Assembly (NCBI GenBank): GCA_951406725.2
Contig: OX597815.1
Location: forward strand, 144,584,001 to 144,648,000
Direction of reading: 5' to 3'
DNA from: Octopus vulgaris
Taxonomy: Eukaryota
DNA length: 64,000 nt
Shown: in pieces, positions 37,092 through 49,694 of the stretch
Position numbering within the stretch: the first letter of the stretch is position 1
How the letters are laid out: each line of letters starts with the position of its first letter
Program-made: the position numbers and the translations under genes
Notes under the pieces: generated by a model
Database searches by the model: none
Told to the model about the DNA's origin: nothing
What the model saw: the letters and a program-made list of their open reading frames with translations, nothing else

Positions 37092-38087
37092 TATATGCAT
37101 TATTATATTGAATGCTGTCTCTACATACTATATTATACACCCTAAAAATATTATATACACAACAAACAATATACAACACACTTCAGTGTCCGTATGCACG
37201 TTCTCTTAACATTGTCTACAATACTATATACACCATTATGTGTGTATATATATATTTGTGTATGTGTTTGGTGATGCAAACAGGAAAATAGAACACAGAC
37301 ATAAGTATATATATATTTAGCAGCAGAGTGACTCAAGGGCTGAGAGTTTCGTGCACTTATCAAAATAATGTATATATAAACACTACACAAGATATTGTCT
37401 TATATGCTATATACACCTCTATAATCGATCACTATATTACATAAACAATAAACAGCACACACACACACACTGCAGCACGTTGTTTGACACTGCCTACAAG
37501 ACTATAAAATCTTACTATATATTATATATACATACATACATACATACACACACGCCTCTATATTCAACAGTTCCTACTTGCTACAGTATACACCCTACAA
37601 ATACCGTATTATATACACACTTACTAAAACTCTGGCACGTTGTCTCACACTGTCTACAATATTATAAACACCACTTCTATATTCTGTATTATAAACACTC
37701 TTCTATATTCAACTCAGTTTCTACATACAATAATAATATACACTCCACAACTGCTGTATTATACCGTATTATATACACGCACAACGTACTGCAGCACGTC
37801 GTCATACACTATCTCCCATACACAAATCTATATTCAACACTGTATTATACACTCTACAACTATTACATTATACATACACACACACGTCACAACACATAAT
37901 GCACAACAGCACTCAACACACAGCAGTACGTCCTCGCGTTCTCTTTGCACTCTTTCACGTCTCATTGATCCGTCCCTCTGTATTTATTTATTTACCAAAG
38001 AGAAGCGGTTCCTAACAAACGAAGAGAGAAAGAGAAAATAACAAAAATAACAATAATAATAATAATAATAACCAAGTTGTTTCTTAC

Positions 38088-38259
38088 CTGCACTGTTGAT
38101 ACTGTTAATATCCATCTGTAAACTCGATCTCCTTAACATTGCTTCCATCGCCGGTATGTCCTGTTCTTTGACATTATCATTAAACACTAATTCGTCGGCA
38201 AATCTTACCCTGGGTTTACCAGGGTTTTGCTTATTAAAGAAACTAGCACGGCGGCTCAT
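38088..38259 (-). CDS. First coding exon of an ankyrin-repeat PP1 regulatory subunit (PPP1R27/PPP1R12/PPP1R16-like)
   Basis: MSRRASFFNKQNPGKPRVRFADELVFNDNVKEQDIPAMEAMLRRSSLQMDINSINSAG: RVRF PP1-docking motif followed by a helix and IN...G leading into ankyrin repeat 1. Strong phase-1 donor GCAG|GTAAGA at 38088/38087. Later exons not found in the window. Confidence 0.8.
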
Positions 38260-38334
38260 TGTCTCTTATTTCACTCTCTCCTTTTGGGGGGGTTTTGTTT
38301 TGTGTTGTTTTTGCTTGCGTAGGTTTTCGAGGGG

Positions 38335-38373
<39 letters not shown>

Positions 38374-39649
38374 CTTTTGGCGTTAAAAACAGTTCTTTTG
38401 TGTTTAGAAAGTGAGAAGAAAGACGGGGGGGGGGGAGAGGAATTAGGGGGAGGAAACAGAGAGGGGGGAAGATGCTGAGAAAGAGGGGGAAGTAACGAAA
38501 AAGACAAAGAGGAAAACGGAGGGGAAAAAGAAGAAGAAACGAAAAAGAAAAGTATCAACGAAGGAAAGAATTCACGTAGAATCAACAACAACAATAACAA
38601 CAGCGACAGTAAGAACAACAATAATTATAACCCGAAGTTAATCTTCAAATCTAGCTGACAAGTGTGCGCCTTTTGTTGTTGTCGGTTTTTTCTTTTATTT
38701 ACGTGGATTTCCTCAGTTTTTTTTTTAAATCTTTGAAAGGAAAAATTAAATAAAAACGATCGACCTTTCCCCCCCTTTCTGATTACTTTTTTCAATATAT
38801 TCCTTCTGTCTCTCTCTCTCTCTCCTTCTCTGTCTTTCTCTTTGTTTCCTTTTTTCTCTTTTTCGTTTTCTTTTAAAATGAAGGTGTATGTATGAATGTA
38901 TGTATGTATGTATGAGAATGTAGGTGTATGCGTTATGTGTGTATGCGTTATGTGTGCGTGCGTATATGTACGTGTGTTTATGTATAAATAATATATGTAG
39001 AGGCACAGAGAAAGAAAGAGTGGGAGGGCTTATGATTTCTCTTCGTATGAATCAAAACAATGGGAAATCCAATGTTATGGTTTTTTATCCGATTCTGGTG
39101 ACAACGATGACCACGGCAGCAGCAGCAGCAGCAGCAGCAGTAGTAATAGTAGTAGTTTAATTATAATTTAAGGACAAAATGAAATATACGAATAAATAAT
39201 TAAATAAATAAATGACATAGAAAATGAATTAAGAGAGTGGAAAAAAAGAGCTTCATGGAGCTGGCTGTAGCAAGTGTAGTGTCGATTGGTTTGCGTTAAG
39301 GTTTCGACTGAATAATAAGAGATTACGAAAGAGAATGAGAAACCAATCTTTTAAAAGACTGGTTAACGAATATCCTTCTACACATACACTATATTACTCC
39401 ACGACAGTGACTGTGGCGAGGGTAAGGAAATACGGGTTTCGTTGTTCAGTTGATGTGTTGTGAGAGAGAGAGAGAGCGAGAGAGAAGTGTTCGCGCGCTT
39501 GCATTATTGGCCTCCGAGAGAGCGGCGTGTGGTTTACAGCAAACAAACATAAACAGTAGTGGTGGAGAAGTAATGTAATGTAATGTAATGGCATACTGCA
39601 TGCATACATAAATAGATAGGAAAATATACAGCTACAAGTAGACGAATCT

Positions 39650-40025
39650 ATCTTCCTATATCTTTGTCTATCTATCTATCTATCATTCACTATTTGTCTC
39701 TAGTTAGCTATCAATCTGTCTGTCTACTTATCTGTCTCAACCTCACTATCTATCTGTCTATTTATCTATCTGTTTATCTGTCTATCTATCTTACTAACTA
39801 CGTATCTGTCTATCTACCTATCTATCTATCTATATCTATCTATCTACCTATCTGTCTATCTATATCTATCTATCTATCTATCAATATGTTTGTCTGTCTA
39901 TCTGCCTATCTATCATTCAATGTTTTTCTCTATCTAGCTACTTAGCTCAATTTTGCTAGTTAGCTTTTAATCTATCTGTGTGTTTATCTATCTATCTATC
40001 TGCCTGTCTGTCTATCTATCTAACC
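39650..40025. repeat. Degenerate (TATC/TGTC)n
   Basis: Directly visible. Confidence 0.85.
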
Positions 40026-40400
40026 CGTCTGTTTGTATTATTGATTAATAAACCTTTACCTAACAGAGCACATCCGTATTAAAAAAGAATTTGTATCAAA
40101 TTATATTTTGCTAACGTAGCATGTGCTAATGTTCTAACCTCTCTTTAATAAGTTGTGTTACTTCATTTTTTACGTATTTATCTATTTAAATATTTTTATT
40201 TATTTATTCAGTATATTTTTTATTCATATATTCCACGCCTGCTTTTTTTTCTTTTTCCGTAAGTGGGCGTTCTTACTTAAAACCCGACTAAAATTTTGAA
40301 TGTAATAAATGTAAGTTCTAATCAATGTTTATATCAGCATAATATGATAAAGCCTTCTCCTACAAAAAACAAAAGTTCAGTTGAATTTATTTGACAGAAA

Positions 40401-40563
40401 TGGCGCAGACGTTTGCCGTGTGGTAAAAAGTTTGCGTCCTAACAACATGATACTAGGTTCAATTCCACCGTGTAGTACCCTAGGCAAATGTCTTCTACTA
40501 TAACCTCGGACCCACCAAAAGCCTTGTGAGAGGATTTGGTTGACGGAAACTGAAAGAAGCCCG

Positions 40564-40623
<60 letters not shown>

Positions 40624-40981
40624 TGTTTCACTTATAAGACCGCCTTGAAGAATTTTAGTCGAATGATCGACCTCATAACTTTTTTTTCTTTTAAGCTTGG
40701 TATTTATTCTATCGGACTGTTTTGCCGAACTACTAAGTTACGGGGACGTAAATACACCAACATCGGTTGTCAAGCGATGGTGGGCGACAAACACACACAC
40801 ACACACATATATATATACGACGGGATTCTTTCAGTTTCCATCTGCCAAATCTACCCACAAGGCCTTGGTCGGCCCGAGGCTTTAATAGAAAACACTTGCC
40901 CAAGGTGTCTCCCAGTGGGACTGAACTCGGAAACATGTGGTTGGGAAGCAAGCTTCTTACTACACATCCACTCCTGCGCCT
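40401..40981. mobile_element. Two SINE A copies in opposite orientation around (TA)n
   Basis: Plus-strand head 40401-40565; minus-strand copy about 40640-40981. Confidence 0.75.
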
Positions 40982-41659
40982 GCATATAAATGTGTATGTG
41001 TGCGTGCCTTTGTCCCCCCTCCCCCCATCACCACTTTATAACCGGTGTTGATGTGTTGACATCTCTGGGACTTGGTGATTCGGCGAAAGTGACCGATAGA
41101 ATAAAAAACCAGGCTTGAGAAGAAAAATGCCGGAATAGATTCGTTCGACTCAAATTCTTCCAGGCGGTGCTCCAGCATGTTCGCAGTCTAATAACTGAAA
41201 CAAGTAAACGATAAAAGATAACACCCGCTTCACCAGTACTACCACCACCACCATTACAACCATCACCACAAACAACAACACCACCATCACCCCCCTATTA
41301 TTACCTTCCCCATTTCTCTGTAAGTTTACATTTCCTTTGCACCAAATTACTTAGTGGGACACAGGGTTTCAGTTACTCGTTGGTTCTTATTCACTTCTAC
41401 AAAACCACTTAATGGTCCTTTGTGGGGGAAAGCATGGAAGCCAAAAGTATACAAGAGCATGATATTCTACGTTCTTATGCGCCTAAAATGTCAGAAATTT
41501 TAAGCATTAAACACTCTTTACTTAATTGCTAATTTTATGTACCGTATTTGATGGCATAAAAGACACAATGGCATATTAGAATCGCCCCAGTTTCCTTATC
41601 ATGTATTCGAGAAAAATGCTTTTAGTGCATTAAAGTTTTGGGGAGAGCCAACTTCTCAT

Positions 41660-41913
41660 ATAGGGCCTGATGTGTCCTTGGATAAGACACTTTATTCCAA
41701 GTTGCCCCAGTCCACGCAGTTTGTAAAAATGAATTGTACTTGTAATTCAAAAGGCCGGCTTTGTCACATTCTGTGTCACGCTGAACTCCCTGAGGACGAC
41801 GTTAAAGGTACGCGTGTTTGTGGTATGCTTGGTCACTCGCACGTTAATTTCACGAGCAGGCTGTTCCGCTGATCGGATGAACTTGGAACACTGATCATCG
41901 TAAACGACGGAGT
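41660..41913 (+). mobile_element. SINE-like family D (CORE-like gtccttggataagacact...ccagtccac)
   Basis: Shared with 3683-3885; CORE/Meta-like central motif. Confidence 0.6.
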
Positions 41914-43394
41914 CCCGGCATAGATCCTCGGTGACTTTTCGGAAGCATTTTGTGTGTGTAGTGAAACGAAGTGTGTCTTATATATCAAATAAGGGGTGAT
42001 GGATGAGCAAAATTAAAAGAACGTTGGACAAAATATCTAGAGGGATTTAGCTATGATTCTTTACATTCTGAGTTCAAATCCCGCCGAGGTCAACTTTGAT
42101 TTTTTTTTCCATCGTTTCGAAGCTGTTAAATTAAAATGCCAGTCAAGTGCTAGGATCAATGTGATCGACTGACCACTGCCCATAAAATTGCTGGCTTTGT
42201 CTTCGTCCTAAATTGGAAACAATCATTTCGTGTTTGAAGGCAGCATCTGCCATATAACAACAAAAAGTTTCTAAGCCAAGGCTGCGATACGGTTTCAATT
42301 TCCGGTTAATCTAGTTCAAATGTCCTCTAAGAATTGCACAAACCTCTGATACCCTTACATCAACCTACGTTGCCTGTATGGATGGTTGTGTAGTTAAGAA
42401 ATTCATTTCACATGCATGTGGTTTCCAGTTCGAACTCACACCCAAACACCTTAGTACTGTGATCTCGAGTCGACCAATGCTTTCTGAGTGAAAATGTATG
42501 GAAATGCAGCGGAGGGGCCGGTCCTAACGATAGGCTTAATCTATCACCCGATTTTTCAGTGGAGTCATCATTCCCCTATTGCAAGGGTCAGATTTCAGGA
42601 TAGCTTTCTCTCTTCCTCTCACCAGTCTCAGAGCCCTGAAAAGGGTCTTGATTTAACCCTCCCCACTTTAACTTAATTCTTGTGTAATAATGGTTACAAA
42701 TTTTGGCAGAAGACCAGCAATTTTAACAGGAGGAGGTTAGTTGGTTATATCGATCTTAATAACTCATTGATGCATTGTCTTATCGACCCCGAGAAGATGA
42801 AAGGCAAGGACGATCTCAGTGGGATTTGAACTCAGAATGTAAAAACCCAGAACAAATAATGGAAAGTATTGTTGTTGTTGTTTTGTTTTTGTTTTGTTTT
42901 TTGTCTGATACTCTAACGACTCTACCAGCTCGAAACCTCACCATCAAAAGTAACAGCGCTTTGTGTATAGTGAAAAAAAATGGCTTTGAAGTAACTATAA
43001 AGTACAAATTACATTACAGAATCGAGCCTCGTCGCTTTCCAACGACCTCATCGCTATCCGACAACCTCGTCGACGTTGTCGTTATTGTCATCGTGATCGT
43101 CGTCGTCGTTGTTGATTCTTCTTCCAATCAGGACTCACGCCATTAGCCACGAAGAATAATCTCTAATTTGAGCCTACTCTAGGATATTAAGAATGCGTGT
43201 GGCAACTTGAAGATCCACCCACCACACGCGATAGACTGGCGGTTACCCGGGCGCGAAAGCTACGTTGTTATCCTCATTCCGTAAACGGTGGTTTTTAACT
43301 GGTGGAGAGTTGAACTATCTTGGGGTACAGAGGAATCGCAATCTAGACTAAGGTCTGAAATTTTACCACACCATAGTGGGTTACACCATGATTC

Positions 43395-43602
43395 CTCTGC
43401 ATTGTGGCAGAAGTAGGATGAAAGAGTGAAAGAAAATTGGTGTGAAAGAGTTCTGCGGGGTTCACCACCACACCCCGCCGGAGCCTCGTGGAGCTTAGGT
43501 GTTTTTGCTCAATAAACACTCACAATGTTCGGTCTGAGAATCGAAACCGCGTTCTTACGACCGCGAGTCCGCTGCCCTAACCACTGGGCCATTGCGCTTC
43601 CA
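43395..43602 (-). mobile_element. SINE family C copy
   Basis: Matches 13920-14091. Confidence 0.8.
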
Positions 43603-44012
43603 CTGTTGCTGGTGCTGTTTCTGTTTAAACGCAGGTCATTCCTGACTGAGCAGAACTATGTGAAGGTAAGGTATGATTTGAGAAAGATGTGACTGATTTG
43701 GTTGCTGTTTCTTGTAGGTAGCTCGATCACGTAGTCAGCCCTGTTAACAGAAACGGTGGAGCGTCGAAGAAAATAAGTCCCTTGTAATATTAGTTCCGGC
43801 TCTCATGTCAGTCAAAATGCTTAGCGGCATTTCGTCCGTCTTTACGTTCTGAGTTCAAATTCCGTCGAGATCAACTTAGCCTTTCATCCTTTCGGGATCG
43901 ATAAAATACGTCCCAGTTGGGCACTGGGGTCGATGTAATCAGCTTACCCTCTCCTTTGAAACTGCTGGCCTTGTGCAAAAATCTGAAACCAATATTAGAT
44001 GGTTCCAACTCT

Positions 44013-44677
44013 GGTAAATATGAAGAATCTTTGCCAACGACAATTTTTTTTTTAAAAAACAGTTTTCTTGGGTCGAATGGACGTTTAGATAAAGAAAAAC
44101 GTATTTTAAAAATAGGGCAAAGTAACAGTTTCAGAGATATTCGCATTTTAGGAGGGTTCCAAGTACAATTTGTGAAGGAAATTGTTCGGAGACCTGGGAA
44201 GAGGTGTAAATATCTCAAGCAGTATATGGCGAGGTTTCTGTTCATTAAGTCTATTCCGAATCATGCTGAACGTCTCCATCGCTTTCTTACGGAGAGCAGT
44301 AAACTGTATCCGGGACCCTCTTAAAAATGGGGATGTACCTGAAACGGTAGGCTTGCTCTATTTTTTGTAACTTTTTCTAATATACACGTTTATTTTACCG
44401 TAGAACGTTGGCCGAAGGTAAAGCGCGTTCACACTGGTTAGGGTTAGGGTTAGATTTAGGGTTAGTTTTAGGGTTAGGGTTAGTTTTAGGCTTAGTTTTG
44501 GGGTTAGGGTTAGGTGGTGTGCAGGCGTTTTACCTTCGTCCTTAACCCTCATAAAAATGCGAATATCTCTGAAACGGTTAGTTTGCCCTAATTTTTATTG
44601 CGCTTTTCATCCATTTTTACCCTAGAAAACTGTATTTTTTAAAAAGTTGTCGTTGGGAAAGATTCCTCATATTTACC
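44013..44677. mobile_element. Non-autonomous DNA transposon with long TIRs and an internal TTAGGG-like array
   Basis: TIRs of about 130 bp (ggtaaatatgaagaatcttt / aaagattcctcatatttacc); 8-bp TSD ccaactct / ccgactct; telomere-like repeats at 44437-44515. Confidence 0.8.
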
Positions 44678-45390
44678 CCGACTCTCAACGTTCTGAGTTC
44701 AAGTCCCTCCGAAGTCAATTTTGCCTTTCGTCCTTTCAGGGTCGACAAAGTAAAGTACCAGATACCAGTCAAGTATTGGGGTCGATTTAATCGACCAATC
44801 CTTCTTTCTCAGATTCCTGGCCTTGTGCCTTGTATAAGAAATTATTATTTTTTATATTTATTGCTCTTGTGAAGCCCCAGGTCAACCTGAAAGAGCAGTC
44901 GTATAATCAGGGGTATTCCAGCCATGACCAACACATCTTTTTCTCAGAGTGGTGAATCATCTAATGCGTCGTTATTCTTTATTTCAAGAAAGTAGGGTGT
45001 GGTTTAGGGGAAATTAACTGCTATGTCTAGCAGTTTGAGATACTTTATGGACTCCCTGCGTTTTACACTATAAAAAGGGTCAGTTTTTATCTTTTATTTG
45101 TCTGTTGCCAGATCCCTTATATTAAGGTTAGGGTAGGGATCAATTCACTAGGTTATACAATCCCAACAAAAACTCTCTTTGTGCCCAAGTCAAATCCATA
45201 AAAAAGAGATTTAGGGATGGAAATGGTGTATCATTTGGCCAAATAAAAGTATTTTAGTTTTGTTCTTCTGTATTTAGAGCTTTAATCCTGATAGAGCTAA
45301 ATTTGCCCTTCATCTCATTGAGGAACATTGAGATATAGAAGCAATAAATACTTAGGTAGAGACCGTCGTTTATTATTCTTTGTTAAAACA

Positions 45391-45421
<31 letters not shown>

Positions 45422-46348
45422 CGGGTTTGGCCAAAAGTCACCTGACAGCAGTGGCGGCTCGTAGATAAAATTAGTGGAGGTGCCGCTTCAGAAAATTTTT
45501 AGCTGTTGTTTTAATATTGTGTAAAAGGAAACAAACATATAAAAAGAATATTTATACATAAACTTGATCGGTTTACGTTTTAGCCACTGCCGGGTAGTGT
45601 GTTTAATTTGTTCACTGAACATCGCCGCGAATTCCCCCTTTTTAAAAAAAAAATCCCCCTAAATCACAAAATGGGTGGGGGAAATCTGCCTTATTTTTCA
45701 AATCCTGGCAGCAAGATAATAATCTGATTGTACACTCTATCACATTCAAGAATATAAACACGTTTTTAAGCACAACACACGTGGAGTCAAAAAGAAACAC
45801 TACCTTTCACTGGCACACCAGGGTCGACACTGCGTCAACCACAGTGTTTTCTCACCCTAGCGTGCAGCTTCCTATCTCGGACATGTGCGCATGCACACAA
45901 TAGCCAAACACCGCGTCTCTGGAACTGTGAAGCGCACATTTGTAAACAAGGATTTTTGTATTTTTTCATAAACTAGAGGATGGCTGCTGACATTAAGATT
46001 AATGATTATATAAGGTACAAGTATAAAGAAAGAACTAAAGAAAAAAGGACTCATTATATTGAATGTTATCGATAATATCGAGTGGAAATAGGGAGCGCTA
46101 CAGTTCCGCAGTTCCTATACACGAGCCACCAGTGCCTGACATTAAATCAAAACCATTTAATTCCAAGATTTATTTATGTTGAACAACTGAATGGATTTAA
46201 TAAAAGCATTTAAATATGAAACATCATGAAAATTGTTCAAACTGAAGTCCTTCTTGAGCAACACATTTTTCCATTTGAGTCAATACAAAATTGCAGATAG
46301 TATTTATGGAATTTTGATTTATTGTCGGGTGGCTTCTGGCCAACCCTG
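45422..46348. mobile_element. Tc1/mariner-type MITE
   Basis: TIRs cgggtttggccaaaagtcacctgaca / tgtcgggtggcttctggccaaccctg; TA on both flanks. Confidence 0.7.
45449..46134. mobile_element. hAT-type MITE nested in the previous element
   Basis: TIRs cagtggcggctcgt / acgagccaccagtg; 8-bp TSD cctgacag / cctgacat. Confidence 0.7.
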
Positions 46349-46573
46349 TACATATGTATTAATAACTAAAATACTGTTAATACATACATACGCTCACACA
46401 TATTTATGTCGTAGCTAAGAGGGATTTGTATAGAGATGATGCATTGCTGGTTGCTACCGGCCTATCAAAACCTGCATTAGAGAAAACTAGAAAAGATTTG
46501 CATAAGTTCTATGCTAATTTTAATTATCTACCACATTTGAGAACAGCTACAAAATAGCTAATTTTCTTGATGT

Positions 46574-46944
46574 TATTGTTGTATTTCGGAATGGTCATTT
46601 TGCCAGTTTAGCCAATAAAAACACACGCACTATATATTTGGTGTTACTTTGCTTCAGTGTTATTTATTTTTTACATTAATCTTAATCTTATTTCGGCCAG
46701 AGTTCTTTCGTCACACTCCTGTGACCGCATCAGTGGTCCTTTGCTTTCTTCTTTCTTATTTGGGTCTCTCCTTACTAACCGTCAACCATTTTGTATTTCT
46801 ATACAATAGAAAGAACTCTGGCCGAAATAAGATTAAGATTAATGTAAAAAATAAATAACACTGAAGCAAAGTAACACCAAATATATAGTGCGTGTGTTTT
46901 TATTGGCTAAACTGGCAAAATGACCATTCCGAAATACAACAATA
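46574..46944. repeat. Perfect fold-back (136-bp arms) inserted in the PLE RT with ~15-bp duplication
   Basis: 46574-46709 is the reverse complement of 46809-46944; tttcttgatgttatt is repeated at 46563-46577 and 46998-47012. Confidence 0.9.
46695..46739 (-). ncRNA. Type I hammerhead-like motif (variant core)
   Basis: Minus strand: ggacca-CTGATGCG-GTCACA ggag TGTGAC-GAAA-GAAC-TC-tggcc; perfect stem II and pairing stem I. Confidence 0.6.
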
Positions 46945-47724
46945 TCTGTTTCACGACTTCACATAAAAAATCTTGCACAACAAATATATAAACGTAATTT
47001 CTTGATGTTATTTTAGATTTAAAATCTTCGCTATACTCCCTCTGTCATAAACCTAATCAATACCTCATATTCATTAGCATAAACTCTAATCCTCATAAAT
47101 CTATCTTCGATAGGGTAATCAAAGGCATATCTATCTGAATATCGGATCTCTCCGCCACGGAGGAACTTTTCAATAGCCAGACTACATACTATAATCAGGC
47201 GCTAGCAGCTAGCGGCTTCTCCTAGCAAAATAAATTCATTGCAAATACAAAGCTTAAAAATACATCTCTCAACTCAACCCTGGGGGTAGAAGGGCACACC
47301 CCACCACCGGGCGTACAAACACTTCCATTTAGAGTAGACGCACAAAACCCCACGGCTAGAAACCTAAAGGAACCTCTACTAGGGCGCCTACGCCCACCTT
47401 GCACTCACCCGTATAACACTCGAACGAGACTCAAACTGATAAATAATACTGAGTCCCTAGGATCTCCTCAAACAGAAAATATCGATTATTCTTCCCCTTT
47501 ATTACACCCCCATTCGCTTTAAACGTTAATGGCTTAACTAAAACCTCCGTTGCCATTGTAGACTCTAGCTTTCCACGCCACCATAAATACCATTCGATCT
47601 TAAACAGATTTACTATAAAGTTATCGTACTCCTCACCGCCCAATATAGATAGAATCTATTGTTGTCTCATCTAATAAGCAAAATCTTCATTCATACTACC
47701 TAAATAACACCTACAAGCAGTAGT

Positions 47725-48048
47725 CTCTTTTGCCGAACCGCTAAGTTACGGGGACATAAACACACCAGCATCGGGGACAAACACACACACACATACACAT
47801 ATATATATATATATATATACATATATACGACAGGCTTCTTTCAGTTTCTGTCTACCAAATCCACTCACAAGGCATTGGCCGGCCCGGGGCTATAGCAGAA
47901 GACACTTGCCCAAGATGCCACGCAGTGGGACTGAACCCGGAACCATGTTGTTGGTTAGCAAGCTACTTACCACACAGCCACTCCTGTGCCTATACCCACT
48001 CCTGCGCCTATAGCCACTCCTGCGCCTATAGCCACTCCTGCGCCTATA
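47725..48048 (-). mobile_element. SINE A copy with its 18-bp 5' end repeated four times
   Basis: (GCCACTCCTGCGCCTATA)x4 at 47977-48048. Confidence 0.85.
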
Positions 48049-48284
48049 TAAATATATAAATATAAATATATAATGTAGGTCAGTGTAGCGATAATACTAA
48101 CACCGATCATGATAGCATATACCACGCCTGTAACCCTAGCTCTATGTCTAGTATAAACCAGGATACGGATATCTTCACTTCCAATGATGGTCGAAGTACG
48201 GCCGAGGTGAATGTCACCACTACTACTACTACCACCACCACCACCACCACCACTACTAATAATAATAGTAATAATAAATAAGAA

Positions 48285-48333
<49 letters not shown>

Positions 48334-48503
48334 AATAGGGGTTGCAATAAGGGTGGAGCACTTGCAGAAAACAGCACTGCTTGAAACCACTCGAATACTC
48401 CGAAAGGTGCTCAAAAAATGAGGGGTGTTACCTTAGGTTACTGGCAGTCAACAGCTGGCACCGTAGTACATACATCTCCAGCGTTAGAAGCTGTGCAAAG
48501 GCA

Positions 48504-48553
<50 letters not shown>

Positions 48554-48554
48554 C

Positions 48555-48757
48555 CTTTCTACTATAGGCACAAGGCCTGAAATTTGGGGGAAGGGGACTA
48601 GTCGATAACATCGACCCCAGTGTTTCGCTGGTACTTAATTTATCGACTGAAAGGCAAAGTCAATCTCAGCAGCATTTGAACTCAGAACGTAGCGGCAGAC
48701 GAAATACCGCTAAGCATTTCGTCCGGCGTGCTAACAATTCTGCCAGTTCGCCGCCTT
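48555..48757 (-). mobile_element. SINE family B with alternative tail ending in (ATT)n
   Basis: Minus-strand head ggcggcgaactggcagaattgttagc; tail caaatttcaggccttgtgcctatagtagaaaggattattatt. Confidence 0.85.
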
Positions 48758-49653
48758 ATGTAATAACGGTAATAATGGCAGTAATAAGAACAGAAATAAT
48801 GTTAATAATAAATCTAATAATAGTAATAATAATAATAATATTGATGGCAACAATAAGAATAAAAATAATATTAATAATGATAGTATTGATAATAACCTCG
48901 CCTTAGACACCCACCGCGGTAGAGGAGCTCCTGAAAGTAGCCACTCGAGTGCCACCATCCCTCGAATCTCAGTAGAACCTGTAACATCAACCCCTAACCC
49001 CCACCCTATGGACACGGTCGATATGCGTATCAACGATACTAATATGAGCCAACTTCCGAATACTACTCTAGACTGTAACTTGCCCATAAATAGCACAGCA
49101 TCATTCCAACCCATATCTAACCCATGTAGGCCAGATAAATTCAACTGCAACTGCCGATCTAGGGCCGAATTCCCGCTGCGAGCCCATTGCACTGGATCTT
49201 CAATTAATTTTAATCAGAGATATTCCTAATGCACTGGATCTAAAATAAATTTTAAGCAGAGATATTCCTCGCATCTGAATTCTTTTGGATATGATGAACA
49301 CAGCGAGTCCACTTCCCTAGCCAACCACATACACCACCTGATAAATAGACATGAATTTCCTCCGTTTATTAATACCTATTCCCTCAACATTATCTTTCAA
49401 GTACGCTAGCTACACTAATCTTTTTAATTGTTAATTTTTAATTATAACTTTTAATTTTAAGTATACTTCAAATATATTAAAGTGATGCCTTTAGAAATGT
49501 ATTATTTCTATTTTCGAAATCAGTGAATATATTAAAGTGATGCCTTTAGAAATGTATTATTTCTATTTTCGAAATCACTTGAATTATTATGTTTTCAAAA
49601 GCGGATAGGCATCGACAGCTAGCAAGCAGTCGATGCCTATCCGACATAATACT

Positions 49654-49694
49654 CCAGACTGCTGATGAGCAATAACTCTGAAACTAGTCTCTGG
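49654..49694 (+). ncRNA. Type I hammerhead-like motif in the PLE 3' pLTR
   Basis: ccaga..CTGATGA-gcaataactct-GAAA-CTAG-TC-tctgg; palindromic stem III, stem I ccaga/tctgg; stem II weak. Confidence 0.6.

Noticed and set aside
37984-38087. C-terminal part of the 91-aa ORF (KKQLGYYYYY...)
   Set aside because: Read-through past the GT donor into intronic (TAT)n.
43871-44370. Overlapping 124-135 aa ORFs
   Set aside because: Span SINE and MITE TIR sequence; no protein motifs.
47977-48048. CRISPR-like or coding (AIGAGV)n repeat
   Set aside because: No spacers, eukaryotic context; it is the reiterated SINE 5' end.
49186-49580. Two short direct duplications (~40 bp and ~52 bp) in the PLE 3' region
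   Set aside because: Ordinary local slippage duplications in a decayed element.
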